From: an uncultured Candidatus Rokubacteria bacterium
GTDB lineage: Bacteria; Methylomirabilota; Methylomirabilia; Rokubacteriales; CSP1-6
Direction of reading: 5' to 3'
Length of the DNA: 64,000 nt
NCBI GenBank assembly: GCA_963758635.1
Contig: CAVWWD010000003.1
Span: forward strand, 800,001-864,000
The position numbers and the translations under genes were made by a program. Shown piece after piece: positions 30,571 through 41,909 of this stretch. The notes beneath the pieces were generated by a model. It had not been told where the DNA came from. It searched no databases and saw only the letters and a list, made by a program, of their open reading frames with translations. The first letter of the stretch is position 1, and the number at the start of each line of letters is the position of its first letter.

Positions 30571-31328
30571 CGTCGGCGCGGCGTCCAAGCGCCACGAGGT
30601 CTACGGCCGGACCCGCATCCCGCTGGGCCCGCTCAGCCTGCCGTTTCCCGGGAACTTCCTTTTCCTGAAATACTGGCCGCCGATCCGCCGCTGGGGGCCG
30701 TACGCGGAGCTGACCGCCGCGGACTGGGAGCGCATCATCGCGGCGCTGGAGTCGGCGGGGGCGCGGATGACGGTGGGCGTGACCGCGGGCTGGGTCGAGC
30801 GCGACGGCCGCGTCGTGCCGTTTCCGGAGAAGTTCCCCGACGCGGCGGCCGCGCTGCGCGAGGGCGCGCGGTCCGGCCGCGTCGAGGTGGCCAACCACGG
30901 CTACACGCACTGCGTGCTCCAGGACGGCCTCTTCCGGCCGCGGCTCTTCGCGGGCAACCGGCAGTTCCACCGCGAGTTCTTCGACTGGCTGCCGGAGGCG
31001 ACGCACCGGGAGCACCTCCGTCGCGCGCAGGGCATCCTCGAGGGCTACTTCGGCGCTCCGGTGGTGACGCTGGTCCCGCCCGGCAACGTCTTCTCGTTGA
31101 AGACCCTGGCCGCGGCGGCGTCCGTGGGCCTGCGTCACGTCTCGTGCCGCGACGTGGCGCGGCTCGGCGCCTTCGAGGGCCTGACGCTCGTCGACGACGA
31201 GCGGGTGATCGCGCTGCACGACCGCGACGTGGTGCTCGGCGGCGTCGGCGCGCTCACGCGCGTGCTCGCGCGGGGCGCCCGCCGGCGGGCTCGTGACGGT
31301 GCGCGAGATCGCGGAGGCGGCCGCGTGA
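30536..31328 (+). CDS. Polysaccharide deacetylase / DUF2334-like protein; frameshift near 31275
   Basis: LRLDDVG, NHGYTH and VPPGN motifs; C-terminus LVTVREIAEAAA* in the shifted frame. Confidence 0.75.
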
Positions 31329-31346
31329 GCGACCTGGGCGACTCCA

Positions 31347-31602
31347 TTCGTGCGCTCATTCCAGGGGCGGCGGGTGGGGGCCCGGGGTCGCGGGGCGACG
31401 TCGCACGCGTGCGCTGCCCCGCTGGGACTGGGCTCCATCCGGGCGCGCTGGGTACGACGCCGGTTGGAGGGGAAGCACCCCTCGACCCCGGGCCCCCACC
31501 CACCGCCTCTGCAAGCGCGCTGTTGACTGCGGGATCGGATGACGCACGGGGGTGCCTCGCGACGCCGGGCCTCCACCCGCCGCCCCTGAATGAGCGCATG
31601 AA
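31347..31602 (+). repeat. Structured repeat family A, copy 2, extended by a second inverted arm
   Basis: Left arm 31347-31396 pairs with 31483-31507 and with 31554-31602. Confidence 0.85.
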
Positions 31603-31624
31603 CGTAGCGCACGGGAGCGCGCGC

Positions 31625-32919
31625 GTGAGGATCTGCCTCGTCAACGAGTACTTCCCGCCGTGGGCGCCCGGCGGCGCGGAGTGGAGCGCCGAGGCCCTGG
31701 CCCGCGGCCTCGCCGGGCGCGGCCACCAGGTCGTGGTCGTGACGCCGAACTACGGCGGGCCCGCCCGGGAGGAGCGGGACGGCTTCCGCATCGTGAGGTT
31801 CCCGTTCCCGCTGAAGCGCCCGCCGGGGCGGGCGACGGTGCCGTCGAAGTGGCTCGCCAACCCCCTCTTCTACCGCTACGCCGCGTTCTGGATCCGGCGG
31901 ATCGTCGCGCGCGAGGGCGCTGACGTGATCCACGTCCAGAACAAGCACACGCTGATCCCCGGCGCGCGGGCGGGCCGGGCCCTCGGCGTGCCCGGTGATC
32001 CTCACCATCCGGGACGCGAGCATCATCGACGCCGCGCCGATGTGCCTGCACGCGGGCGACCGCATGCCCGCGGACTGCGGCGTGCGCAAGCTCTGGCGCG
32101 AGTGCTCCGAGGAGTACTTCGCGCGTCTACGTGCGGGGCCGCCGGGGGAAGCTGCGGTCGAAGCTCGCATTCCTCTACTTCTGGTGGGACAGCCGGCGGA
32201 AGCAGCGATGGCTCTCGCGGATCGACGCGGTGATCGGCGTGTCCAACGGCATCCTCGACATCTACCGGCGCTCCGGGCTCCTCGACGGCGTGCGCGTGGA
32301 GACGCTGTACAACCTGCCGCCCGCCGCCCCGCCGCCCGCGCCGGCGGCGGTGGAAGCTCTCCGCGACCGGCTGGGCGTCCGCGGGCGGCGCGTCGTCCTC
32401 TACGTCGGCAAGCACTCGCCGGGCAAGGGCACGCCCGACCTGGCGCGGGCCGCGGCCGAGGTGGTCCGCGCCGTGCCCGACGCCACGTTCCTCTCCGTGG
32501 GCGACGGCGAGCTCGCCGATGGCGCGCCGATCCGGCGGCTGGGCCCGCTCCCCAACGCGGACGTCCTCGCCCTCTACCCCATCGCCGACGTGGTGGTGGT
32601 GCCCTCGGTGATCCCCGAGGCGCTCAACCGCGTCCTCATCGAGGCCATGACGGCGGGCCGCGCGGTGATCGGCACCCGCGTCGGCGGCACGCCGGAGCTG
32701 GTCATCGATGGGCGCACGGGCCTCCTGGTCGAGCGCCACGATCCCGCGGGCCTCGCCCGCGCGATCGAGACGGTGCTGACCGACGACGGTCTCCGCGCCG
32801 CGATCGGCGCAGGCGCCCGCCGCCACGTCGAGGCGCACCTGGACGCCGGCGTCGTCCTCGACCGCCTCGTGGCGCTCTACGAGGCCGCCATCCGCGCGCG
32901 GAAGGGCGGGCGCCGGTGA
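31625..32919 (+). CDS. GT4 glycosyltransferase; frameshifts near 31995 and 32125
   Basis: NEYFPP...GGAE and [16 protein letters not shown] motifs. Confidence 0.85.
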
Positions 32920-34036
32920 GGGTGGGGCTCCTGCCCGCGCTCGGCGGCTCCATCGCCGCGCTGCGCGCGTCCGGCCAGGACTCGCGGCTCGTGGACGGCT
33001 ACCTGGCGCCGTACGCGCGCGCGTTCGACGGCGTGACGTACTTCTCGTACGTGCCCGGAAGCGCTGGCCGACTACACCTCCGACCCCGCGCTGCTCGCCG
33101 CCGTCGTCGTGCGCGCGCCCGCCCGGCCGGCGCCGCGGCTGCGTCCGCGCCGTGAGCCTCGCCGTCACCGAGCGCCGGCTGCTCCGCGCCGCGTCGGTGC
33201 TCCGCGTCTTCCAGGTGACCGGCGTGATCCCGGCCCTGATCGCGCGGCGCGTCTGGGGCGTTCCCTTCGTGACCACCTACGGGTTCTGGTACGCGAAGCT
33301 CTCGCGCCCGGGGCTGCCGCGCCTCGCCAAGCTCGCGCTGGAGCGCGTCGGGCTGCGAGCGGCGGCGGGCGTGATCGTGACCACCACCGAGCTGGGCGAC
33401 CACGTCGCGCGCATCGTCGGGTCGGCCGAGCGCGTCCACCTCGTGCCGAACGGCGTCGACACCGTCCGCTTCGCTCCCGGCCCGCCGCGGGCGTCCGCGG
33501 GGCCGCGGCGCGTCCTCTACGTGGGCCGCCTCGAGCCGGAGAAGAACCCCGGGGCGCTCGTCGAGGCCGCGGCGCGGCTCTCGGCCCGGGACGTGCGCGT
33601 GTGCCTGGTCGGGGCGGGCTCGCTCGAGCCCGATCTTCGCGCGCGCGCCGCCGCGCTCGGGGTGAACGTCGAGTTCGCCGGCGTCGTCGATCATCGCCGG
33701 CTGCCCGAGCGCCTCCGGGAGGCCGACGCGTTCGTCCTGCCCTCGTTCACCGAGGGCCATCCCAAGGCGCTGATCGAGGCGATGGCCGCGGGCGTGCCCT
33801 GCGTGGCCTCGGACTGCGCGGGCAACCGCTCCCTCGTGGACGACGGCGAGACGGGCGCGCTCTTCGACCCGCGCCGCCCGGACGCGCTGGCCGCGTGCCT
33901 CGACCGGGTGCTGGGCGACCGCGACGCGGCCCTCGCCATGGGCCGGCGCGCCCGCGACCGGGCGGTGAAGGAGCTGGACCTCGCGACGCTCGTCGATCGC
34001 GAGATCGCGCTGCTCCGCTCGGTCGCCCGCTCATGA
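32916..34036 (+). CDS. GT4 glycosyltransferase; frameshifted N-terminus
   Basis: [10 protein letters not shown] and [12 protein letters not shown] motifs. Confidence 0.85.
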
Positions 34037-34154
34037 GCGCCGCTCCACAGCCGGCGCGCGGGCGGCCCTAATGACCCTCGCAGAATGCGGTAACCGCCAC
34101 GGGCCTCTACAATCCCACCGCTCGGCATTCGTCTGATGCGCGGGGCTCAATAGC

Positions 34155-34952
34155 GTGCCCCTCGCGTACTACTCCCGGGCCGCCACCGAGGAGTTCTGGT
34201 CCGAGCACTGGGGAGGGCAGGACGTGGACGCGCTCCTCGACGTGGCCCGCCGGTCGCCCCTCACCGCGCTCGTGGAGTCCGGGCTCCCGCGCGCGGGCGT
34301 GGTGGTGGAGGCGGGATGCGGGCTGGGCCAGTACGTGATCCTGCTGCGCGAGCGCGGGCACCGCGCGGTCGGCGCGGACTGGAGCGTCGACGCGCTCCGC
34401 CGCGGGCGGGCGCGCGCGGCCGGCGCGCCGCTCGCCGCCATGGACCTCGGCGCCCTCGGGATGCGCGACGGCGCGGCCGCGGCCTACCTCTCGCTGGGCG
34501 TGGTCGAGCACGACGTGGCGGGTCCGGAGCGGCTCCTCGCCGAGGCCCGCCGCGTGCTGGCCCCGCGCGGCCGGCTCGTGCTTTCGGTGCCGTACCTGAA
34601 CGGCGTCCGGCGGCTCTTCCGCGCCGCCCTCCTCCGGCGACAGCGCGCGGTGCGCGCGGCCGGCGGCGAGTTCTACCAGTACGCGTTCACGCGCCCCGAG
34701 GTGCGGCGGTTCCTGGATCGCGCGGGGTTCGACGTGCTCTCGCTGTCGCCCTACGACCCCGCGCGCATTTTGAGGCAGGCGCTCCGCGCCGCGGCCCGGC
34801 GCGACGGCGCCCGCGCGCCACGGCCGGCCACCGTGCCGCGCGCGGCGGGCGGCGGACGGCCGGCGGCCGGCGTCGCGCGCCGCCTGCTCTACACCGGGCC
34901 CGCGCTGCGCCTGCTCGGGCACATGATCCTCGCCGTGGCCGAGAAGCGGTGA
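34155..34952 (+). CDS. Class I SAM methyltransferase
   Basis: EAGCGLG and SLGVVEH motifs; TACAAT at 34108 upstream. Confidence 0.85.
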   Translation: MPLAYYSRAATEEFWSEHWGGQDVDALLDVARRSPLTALVESGLPRAGVVVEAGCGLGQYVILLRERGHRAVGADWSVDALRRGRARAAGAPLAAMDLGALGMRDGAAAAYLSLGVVEHDVAGPERLLAEARRVLAPRGRLVLSVPYLNGVRRLFRAALLRRQRAVRAAGGEFYQYAFTRPEVRRFLDRAGFDVLSLSPYDPARILRQALRAAARRDGARAPRPATVPRAAGGGRPAAGVARRLLYTGPALRLLGHMILAVAEKR

Positions 34953-35749
34953 CGGCGGCGCCGCGCGTCAGCGTGGTGATGGGCGTGCGCGACGGCGCGC
35001 GGTGGCTCGCCGAGGCGGTGGACAGCGTCCTGGGCCAGACCCTCGCCGACCTCGAGCTGATCGTGGTCGACGACGGCTCCACCGACGCCACGCCCGACCT
35101 CCTCACCCGCTACCGCGACCCGCGGCTGACCGTGCTGCGCCAGCCCGCCGGCGGCCTCGCGCGCGCGCTCAACCGGGGGCTCCGGCTCGCCTCGGCGCCA
35201 CTCGTGGCCCGGCTCGACGCCGACGACGTCGCGCTGCCCGAGCGGCTCGCCCGCCAGGTGGCCTTTCTCGACGCGCGGCCGGAGGTCGGCCTCCTGGGCA
35301 GCGCCTGCCGGGCCATCGGTCCGTCGGGGGATCCGCTCGACGACGAGCGCCCTCCCCAGGACGACGCGGCGATCCGCCGCGCCCTGATCCGGCGGAACCC
35401 GTTCGTGCACTCCACGATCGTCGTGAGGCGGAGCGTGATCGACCGGGCCGGGGGCTACGACGAGTCGCTCCCGGTGGCGCAGGACTACGAGCTGTGGATG
35501 CGGGCGAGCGGCGTCACGCGGATGGCCAACCTCCCCGACGTGCTCGTGCTGCGGCGGCTCGGCCCCGATCGCGTGTCGGTGGCGCGCGACACGGAGCGGC
35601 TGCGCGCCGAGGTACGCGTGAAGCTGACCGCGCTGCGCGCCGGCGTCTACCCCGCGTGGTGCGGGGTGTTCCTCGTGAAGCCCCTGGCCGCCCTCGCGCT
35701 GCCCGCGCCCGCTCGCCACGCGCTCCGCCGGTGGCGCCGGAGGGGTTGA
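34949..35749 (+). CDS. GT2 glycosyltransferase
   Basis: VSVVM, VDDGSTD, RLDADD and AQDYELW motifs. Confidence 0.9.
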   Translation: MTAAPRVSVVMGVRDGARWLAEAVDSVLGQTLADLELIVVDDGSTDATPDLLTRYRDPRLTVLRQPAGGLARALNRGLRLASAPLVARLDADDVALPERLARQVAFLDARPEVGLLGSACRAIGPSGDPLDDERPPQDDAAIRRALIRRNPFVHSTIVVRRSVIDRAGGYDESLPVAQDYELWMRASGVTRMANLPDVLVLRRLGPDRVSVARDTERLRAEVRVKLTALRAGVYPAWCGVFLVKPLAALALPAPARHALRRWRRRG

Positions 35750-35806
35750 CTGCGCCCTGACCCGTCCCTATTGTTCCGCCATTGTCCAGCCGGCGGTTCC
35801 CCGTTC

Positions 35807-35900
35807 GGGTTGTGACGGAATGGGGATCTCGCCTTCAGCGAGGGGGTGAACACCGCGGTTCTGCGGACCCGCGGCGTGCGGCAGCGGGCAGTCGCGTCCA
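35807..35900 (-). mobile_element. Repeat family B, diverged inverted copy
   Basis: Reverse complement GCACGCCGCGGGTCCGCAGAACCGCGGTGTT...CATTCCGTCACAACCC. Confidence 0.7.
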
Positions 35901-35973
35901 GCGGGGGCTCGCGTGTCGTGACGTAGTCGGCCGCCAAGCTCCCGGAAAAGCGACGGTCCGGCGCCGCGGCGCA

Positions 35974-36002
35974 TTGACAAGCCGCGACGGTTCCCGGATC
36001 AT
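35974..36002 (+). promoter_or_regulatory. Promoter candidate TTGACA-N17-GATCAT
   Basis: Perfect -35 hexamer at 17-nt spacing. Confidence 0.45.
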
Positions 36003-36158
36003 CCGACGGACAGCGCATGGCCACCGCCTCCGCGACCGCTCCAGCGTGTTCGACGTTGCCGGGCCGGTCTCGATGCCCGGCCCGCTCATGAGCCCGCCCG
36101 ACCACCAGACCAGCGTCCGTGACGACGCGATGAAGACTCGAGCAGGAGAGCCAACCCG

Positions 36159-36428
36159 ATGCGCACGTTCCGGCTGATCGCCGTCGTGCTTGCCGTCGCC
36201 GCATTCCCGCGCCGCTCGCCGGCCCAGCCCGCGCCCGCCGGCGTGGTCACGAGCATCGTCGGCCAGGTCACCGTGGCCCGCACAGCCACCCCCGCGCCCG
36301 TCGCGCTCAAGTTCGACGATTCGCGTGTTCCGCCGCGACCGCATCGAGAGCGTCCGGTCTCCGTCGCCCGCGTGCTGGTGTCGAGGCGCACGTGACGGTG
36401 CGCGCGCTGTCGGCCTTCACGGGTCGTA
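36159..36428 (+). pseudogene. Truncated, degenerate FecR-domain secreted protein
   Basis: Signal peptide plus AGVVTSIVGQVTVAR...LKFDD; VFRRDRIE and VTVRALS continue in shifted frames, then the gene ends. Confidence 0.55.
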
Positions 36429-36435
36429 GCGGCGC

Positions 36436-38769
36436 GTGCGCATCGCTCTCCTGACCGAGCGGATGCGGGCGGGGTTCGGAGCCGACCTCGCCCACCACCA
36501 CATCGCGGACCACCTGGCGCGGCGCGGGCACCGGGTGACGGTGTTCGCGAGCGTGGCCGACGGCTCGTACGGCGAGGCGGCCTACGAGCTGGTGCGCGTG
36601 CCCGTGCCGGCCACCACCTGGTTCCCGCGCTACGAGGCGAACGCCCGGCGGGCCCTCGTCCCCGTGCTCGCCTCCTCGCCGGACCTGGTCCTCGTCGGCA
36701 CGTTCCCGTTCTTCTCGCTGCTGCCCGAGCTGGCCGCGCGCGTGCCCTGCGTGGCCATCGACTTCGGCATCTGCTCGACGGAAGGCTTCCGGCTCTGGAC
36801 CCGGCTGAACTTCGCCTACATGCGCTTCACCCAGCACCGGCGCTACTTCCCCCACGCGCGCCGGATCGTGGCGATCTCGGAGTTCGTGCGGCGCGAGCTG
36901 CCCGCCTCGCTCCAGGACCGGACGAGCGTCATCTACCTGGGCGTCGATCACTACCCGGACGAGGACGCGCGAGAGGCGCGCGCGCGGGAGCTCAGGCGCG
37001 CGCGGGGCATCGGCGACGACGAGACGCTCGCGCTCTACGTCGGCCGGCTGAACCCCGCGGGCCAGCCGTACAAGGGGACGGCCGAGCTGGTGCGCGTGTA
37101 CCAGGAGGCGCGGAAGGCGGCCCCCGGCCTGCGCCTCATGATGGCCGGCGTGGGCGGGCCCGAGGACGAGCGCTGGCTGTCCGGGGCAGGGCGTGATTCC
37201 GTACGTGAACGTCCCCGCCGCGGAGATGCCGGCGCTCTACACCGCCGCCGACCTCTACGTGACGTGCTCGCGCTGGGAGGGCTTCGACCTCCCGCTCGCC
37301 GAGGCGCAGTTCTTCGGCCGGCCCGTGCTCGCCTACCGCATCGGGGCCCACGACGAGGTGGTCCGCGACGGCGAGACGGGCGCGCTCGTCGCACGGCCCC
37401 GCGGCGCTCGGCGCGCGTCTCGTGGAGCTGGCGCGCGACCCCGCCCTGCGTGAGCGCTGGGGCCGGGAGGGCCGGCGCTGGATCGCCGCCACCTATCCGT
37501 GGACGAAGACGGTGGAGCGGTACGGCGCCTTCGTGGAGGAGACGGCGCCGGACCGGGCCGCGCCGGCCGGAGCGCCCGCGCCCCGCGTCTCGGTGATCGT
37601 CGTCAACTACAACGCCCCACCCGACATGATGGGCCGCTGCCTGGCCTCGCTGGCGCGCCAGACCTTCGCGGGGATCGAGGTCCTGGTGGTGGACAACGGC
37701 TCGACGAACGGGTCGCCGGCGTGGATCGCCGCCCATCATCCCGAGGCGCGGCTGATCGAGCTGGGCCGGAACACCGGCTTCGCGGGCGGCGTGAACCGCG
37801 GCGTCGACGCGGCGCGCGGCGAGTACCTGCTGGTGTCCAACTGCGACGTGGAGTACGCGCCCACCGCGGTGGCCGAGATGATGGCCGTCCTCGACGCCCA
37901 CCCCGACGCGGCCGGCGTGGCGCCCAAGACGCTCCTGTCCGGCGACCCGGACATCATCGACAACATCGGCACCCTGGTGACGCGCCACATGTCCGCCTTC
38001 AACATGGGCATCGGCCACCTCGACATGGGCCAGTACGACCGGAGCGAGCGCGTGTTCGGGCTCTGCTTCGCCGCCGCGCTCATCCGCGCCGGCGTGTACC
38101 GCACCCTCGGCGGCCTCGACGAGAGCCTGTTCATGTACTACGAGGACGTGGACTGGTGCTTCCGCGCCAACATCGCCGGGTTCCACTTCCGCACCGCGCC
38201 CGCCGCCGTGGTCCACCACGTGCACTCCGGCATCACGCGGCGGCTCGACTACGGCTTCAAGTACGAGCTGATCCACCTGAACCTGCTGCGCACCGCGGTG
38301 CAGGACATCGGCCGCTGGCGGCACGTGGCGAAGACGCTCGCGCATCGTGCTCACCGCGCACGCCAAGGGCGTGCTGCTGCACCGGCGGTGGGTGCGGCCC
38401 ACCGTGCGGATCCTCGCCCGCTTCGTCGCCGACCTTCCCCGCCGGCTCGTGCGGCGGGCGCGCGTGCAGCGGACGCGCGTGGTGGGAGACCCCGAGCTGT
38501 GGGTGATGTCGGGCGGCGAGGCGCCGTTCTTCGACCCGGTCGGCTACCAGCCGCTCCGCTGCTACGAGATGCTCATCCGCGGCTACCGGCGGCGCTACCT
38601 CGTGGGCGGCGATCAGCGCGACCTCGAGCGCGCCGAGCTGATGGCCCGGGCCGCCGAGGCGTTTTCCTCGAGCAAGCAGCGGACGGACCCGACGCTCCTG
38701 AAGGAGCGCATGCTCGAGATCCTCCGCGACGAGCCCGAGCGCATCCGGAGGTACACGGAGCGGATCTGA
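36436..38769 (+). CDS. Fused GT4-GT2 glycosyltransferase; frameshifts near 37190, 37400 and 38345
   Basis: WEGFDLPLAEAQ (GT4), then in-frame VSVIVVNYN, VDNGS and YYEDVDW (GT2). Confidence 0.8.
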
Positions 38770-38773
38770 GTGT

Positions 38774-38813
38774 GCACCATGGTGCGGGCGCCCGGGCTGC
38801 GCCCGCCCGCACC
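38774..38813. repeat. REP-like hairpin, family C
   Basis: Stem GGTGCGGGCG/CGCCCGCACC; near-identical to 59660-59699. Confidence 0.7.
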
Positions 38814-39069
38814 GTGCGTCGTCAGCGGGTGCGGGCGGGTGGCGCGCACGTGCGTGTCTCACGGGTGCGGGCACTCAAGGCAGGGCGGGTGGGTACGATA
38901 TGCGGGGCGGGAGGGTGAGCAGGCTCAGCTGCGAAGCAGTGCAAGGACAGGGAGTAAGGTGAGGTGTGGTGTAAGGATGCAACTGGGAGCAGGATGCATT
39001 GACACCTCGCGGCGCGACCCCGCCCGGCGGGCGTTGCGCGCGGCGTGGACGCTGGGGTACAGTGCGGCC

Positions 39070-39657
39070 ATGCCCGGTGTCCTCGGTCGCATCAAGCGCG
39101 GGCTTCGTCGCGCGCTCGGCCACGAGGATCTGTGGCATCCGCGCACGATGAAGCTCCCCGGACGGGGAGCGCTCAACGCGTACCGCATGCAGGAGCAGCA
39201 CGTCTTCTGCAAGGAGCGTCCGCTCTCGCACCGGTGCCTGCAGGTCGGCGTGCCCAACTGGGCCGACGAGAAGTTCGGCCCCCAGTGGATCTCCGTCGAC
39301 CTGTTCGACCACCGTCGGTGCATCGACCATCAGATGGACATCTGCCACATGGACGGCTTCGAGGACGAGTCGTTCGACGCCGTCTGGTGCTGCGCCGTCC
39401 TCGAGCACGTGCGCGATCCTTTCGCGGCCGCGCGCGAGATCTCGCGCGTGACGCGCCCGGGCGGCGAGATCTGGATCGAGGTGCCGTTCGTCCAGCCCTA
39501 TCATCCAACCGGTATCCTCCACACTCACGGCGGGGACTTCTGGAGGTTCACGCCCGAGGGCGTCCGCGAACTGTTCCCGCACTTCGAGTCGGTCGCGTGC
39601 GGGGCCATCGACGAGGGCGGCATCCTCCTGCACGCGCGCAAGAAGCCGGGGAAGTGA
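39070..39657 (+). CDS. Class I SAM methyltransferase (probably leaderless)
   Basis: SFDAVWCCAVLEHV, VPFVQPYH and DFWRFT motifs; TACAGT 6 nt before the ATG. Confidence 0.82.
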   Translation: MPGVLGRIKRGLRRALGHEDLWHPRTMKLPGRGALNAYRMQEQHVFCKERPLSHRCLQVGVPNWADEKFGPQWISVDLFDHRRCIDHQMDICHMDGFEDESFDAVWCCAVLEHVRDPFAAAREISRVTRPGGEIWIEVPFVQPYHPTGILHTHGGDFWRFTPEGVRELFPHFESVACGAIDEGGILLHARKKPGK

Positions 39658-41677
39658 TCCGGGCGCTCTCCCCCGCGCCCGCGCGGCTCTCCGACCGGCT
39701 GTCGCTCCGACCCTCGCTCTACTCGCTCGATCCCTCCGGAGAGGATACCGGATCGTCGCGCTGGGAGATTGCCGCCGGCGACGACGGCGGCCCACGGCCC
39801 ATGCTCTGGATCCGCCGCGGCCGGCGCGCGGCGTTCCGCGCGTCGCTCCGCGGCCACGTGACCCTCGAGGCGCGCGCCGACGGCCCGCTGGCCGTCGGTG
39901 TGGTCTCCGCGCCGGGGCGGGCGTCGAAGCATGCCGCGCCCGGCCCGGACCCGGCCGCGTTCGACCTGGGCGACCTGACGGGCGAACCGGTCGAGATCGT
40001 CCTCGAGGCCGTGGCGGGCGGCGCCGACGGCGAGGGCTGGCTCCGCTGCGAGAGCCCGTCGCTGATCGTGCGTCCCTCGGCGCTCGACGTGGCGGGCGTC
40101 GCCCTCGGGAAGACGGCCGGCCTGCTGCTCACGCGCGGCCCCTGGGCGGCGGCGCGACGGGTGGCGGAGACGCTCGCGAGCGCCGACCCGGATGTCACGT
40201 ACGCCCGATGGATCGCCCGGCACGAGCGGCCGGCGCGCGCGGCGGACGTGCCGGCCGTCCGCCCGCTCGTCACGTTCGTGGTCGAGGGCGGTCCGGACGT
40301 TCGTCCGGAGTGGGTCGAGCGCTGCCTGGCGTCGATCCGGTCCCAGACGGTCACGGGCTGGGAGATCTCCGGCGACCTCGCCGGGGCGCGCGGCGAGTAC
40401 GTGGCGCTGCTCGCGGGTGACGGGGAGGTGGCCGCCGACGCGGTCGACCACGTGGGCCGGCGGCTCGCCGCGGATCCCGGGATCGGCATCCTCTACTCGG
40501 ACGAGGACCGCCGCGATCCCGCCACGAGACGCCGGCACGCGCCGTTCTTCAAGCCGGACTGGTCGCCCGAGCACTTCCTGACGCGCATGTACACGGGACA
40601 GCTCGCGGTGTGCCGGCGCGACCTCGTGGTGGCGGCGGGCGGCCTGCCGTCTGGGCACGGCGCCGCCCGGCTGTACGACCTGATGCTCCGCCTCGTGGAT
40701 GCGGGCGCGCGCGTCGCGCACGAGCCGCGCGTGATGTGGCACGGCTACGCGGCGCCGGCCGCCGACGGGGGCGGAGAGCCGGCGCGGGCCGCGCTCTCCG
40801 CTCACGTGCGGCGGACCGGGCTTCCGGGCGGGGTGGGCCCCGGGCTCGATGCCGCTCTCACCGCGTCGCGTTCGCCGTCCGCGGCGCGCCGCTCGTGAGC
40901 ATCGTGATCCCGATCCGCGACCGGGTGACGCTCCTGCGCCGGTGCCTGGACGCCATCCGAACGTTCACCGACCCGTCGCGTTACGAGGTGATCGTCGTCG
41001 ACCACGGCAGCGTGGAGCCCGAGACCCGGCGCTTCCTCGCCTCGTGCGGCCATGGCGTCGTGCCCGCGGCCGGGGACTTCAACTTCGCGCGGCTGAACAA
41101 CCTGGGCGTGCGCCACGCGTCGGGAAGCCACCTGCTCTTCCTCAACAACGACACCGAGCCCCTCCACCGCGACTGGCTCACCGCGCTCCTCGAGTGGTCG
41201 CAGCAGCCGGAGATCGGCGCGGTCGGCGCCAAGCTCTACTACCCGGACGGGCGCCTGCAGCACGTCGGGATCGCACTCGGCGTCGGCGCGGGCGCCGCGC
41301 AGCTCTTCCGCGGCAGTCCCGGCGCGCACCGGGGATACTTCGACAGCGCCCTCGTGGTGCGGAACTGCTCGGCCGTGACCGCCGCGTGCCTGATGACCCG
41401 GCGCGCGGTCTTCGAGGAGGCCGGAGGGCTCGACGAGCGGTTCGCCGTGGACTTCAACGACGTGGACTACTGCCTGCGCGTGGGCCGCCTCGGCTACCGG
41501 GTGCTCTTCACCCCGCATGCGCGGCTCTTGCATCACGAGTTCTCGACGAGGCCGCGCGCCGTGCGCCGGTCCGAGCACGAGCTGTTCCGCCGCCTCTGGC
41601 GCGACCTGATCCCTCGGGATCCGTTCTACAGCCCCCACCTCTCGCGGCGCTTCACGGACTGCCGGATCATCTCCTGA
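39654..41677 (+). CDS. Two-domain GT2 glycosyltransferase; frameshift near 40858
   Basis: YSDED, FFKPDWSP, FLNNDTE, SAVTAAC and FNDVDYCLR motifs. Confidence 0.85.
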
Positions 41678-41775
41678 CGCCGGGGCCGGGGTCGCCACCA
41701 CCCCGATTCACGTGTCCCCGCGGGACCCGGCCCGTCGCCCCGACCTCGCCGGAAACCGCTGCGGGTTGGGCTTGG

Positions 41776-41807
41776 TTGACACTAGGGCGCGGCGGGCGGT
41801 ATATAGT
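41776..41807 (+). promoter_or_regulatory. Promoter candidate TTGACA...GTATATAGT
   Basis: Perfect -35 and an AT-rich -10 region; GGAGGAGG RBS before 41910. Confidence 0.55.
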
Positions 41808-41909
41808 CCGGTGTCACGTTTGCTCGCCAACCCGAAGGGCGAACGCCTGCTTCGCCGATTCTCCCGGAAGCCCGGCTCCCGGGGAGTGGTGTAACTGGAG
41901 GAGGCAGCG

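Noticed and set aside
30536..32233. Deacetylase-GT4 fusion protein suggested by the ORF track
   Set aside because: A frameshift near 31275 causes read-through across repeat A. The natural stop is at 31328 and the GT starts at 31625.
41810..41900. Known riboswitch (e.g. c-di-GMP) in the leader
   Set aside because: Hairpins are present but I could not match the conserved nucleotides of any riboswitch class.
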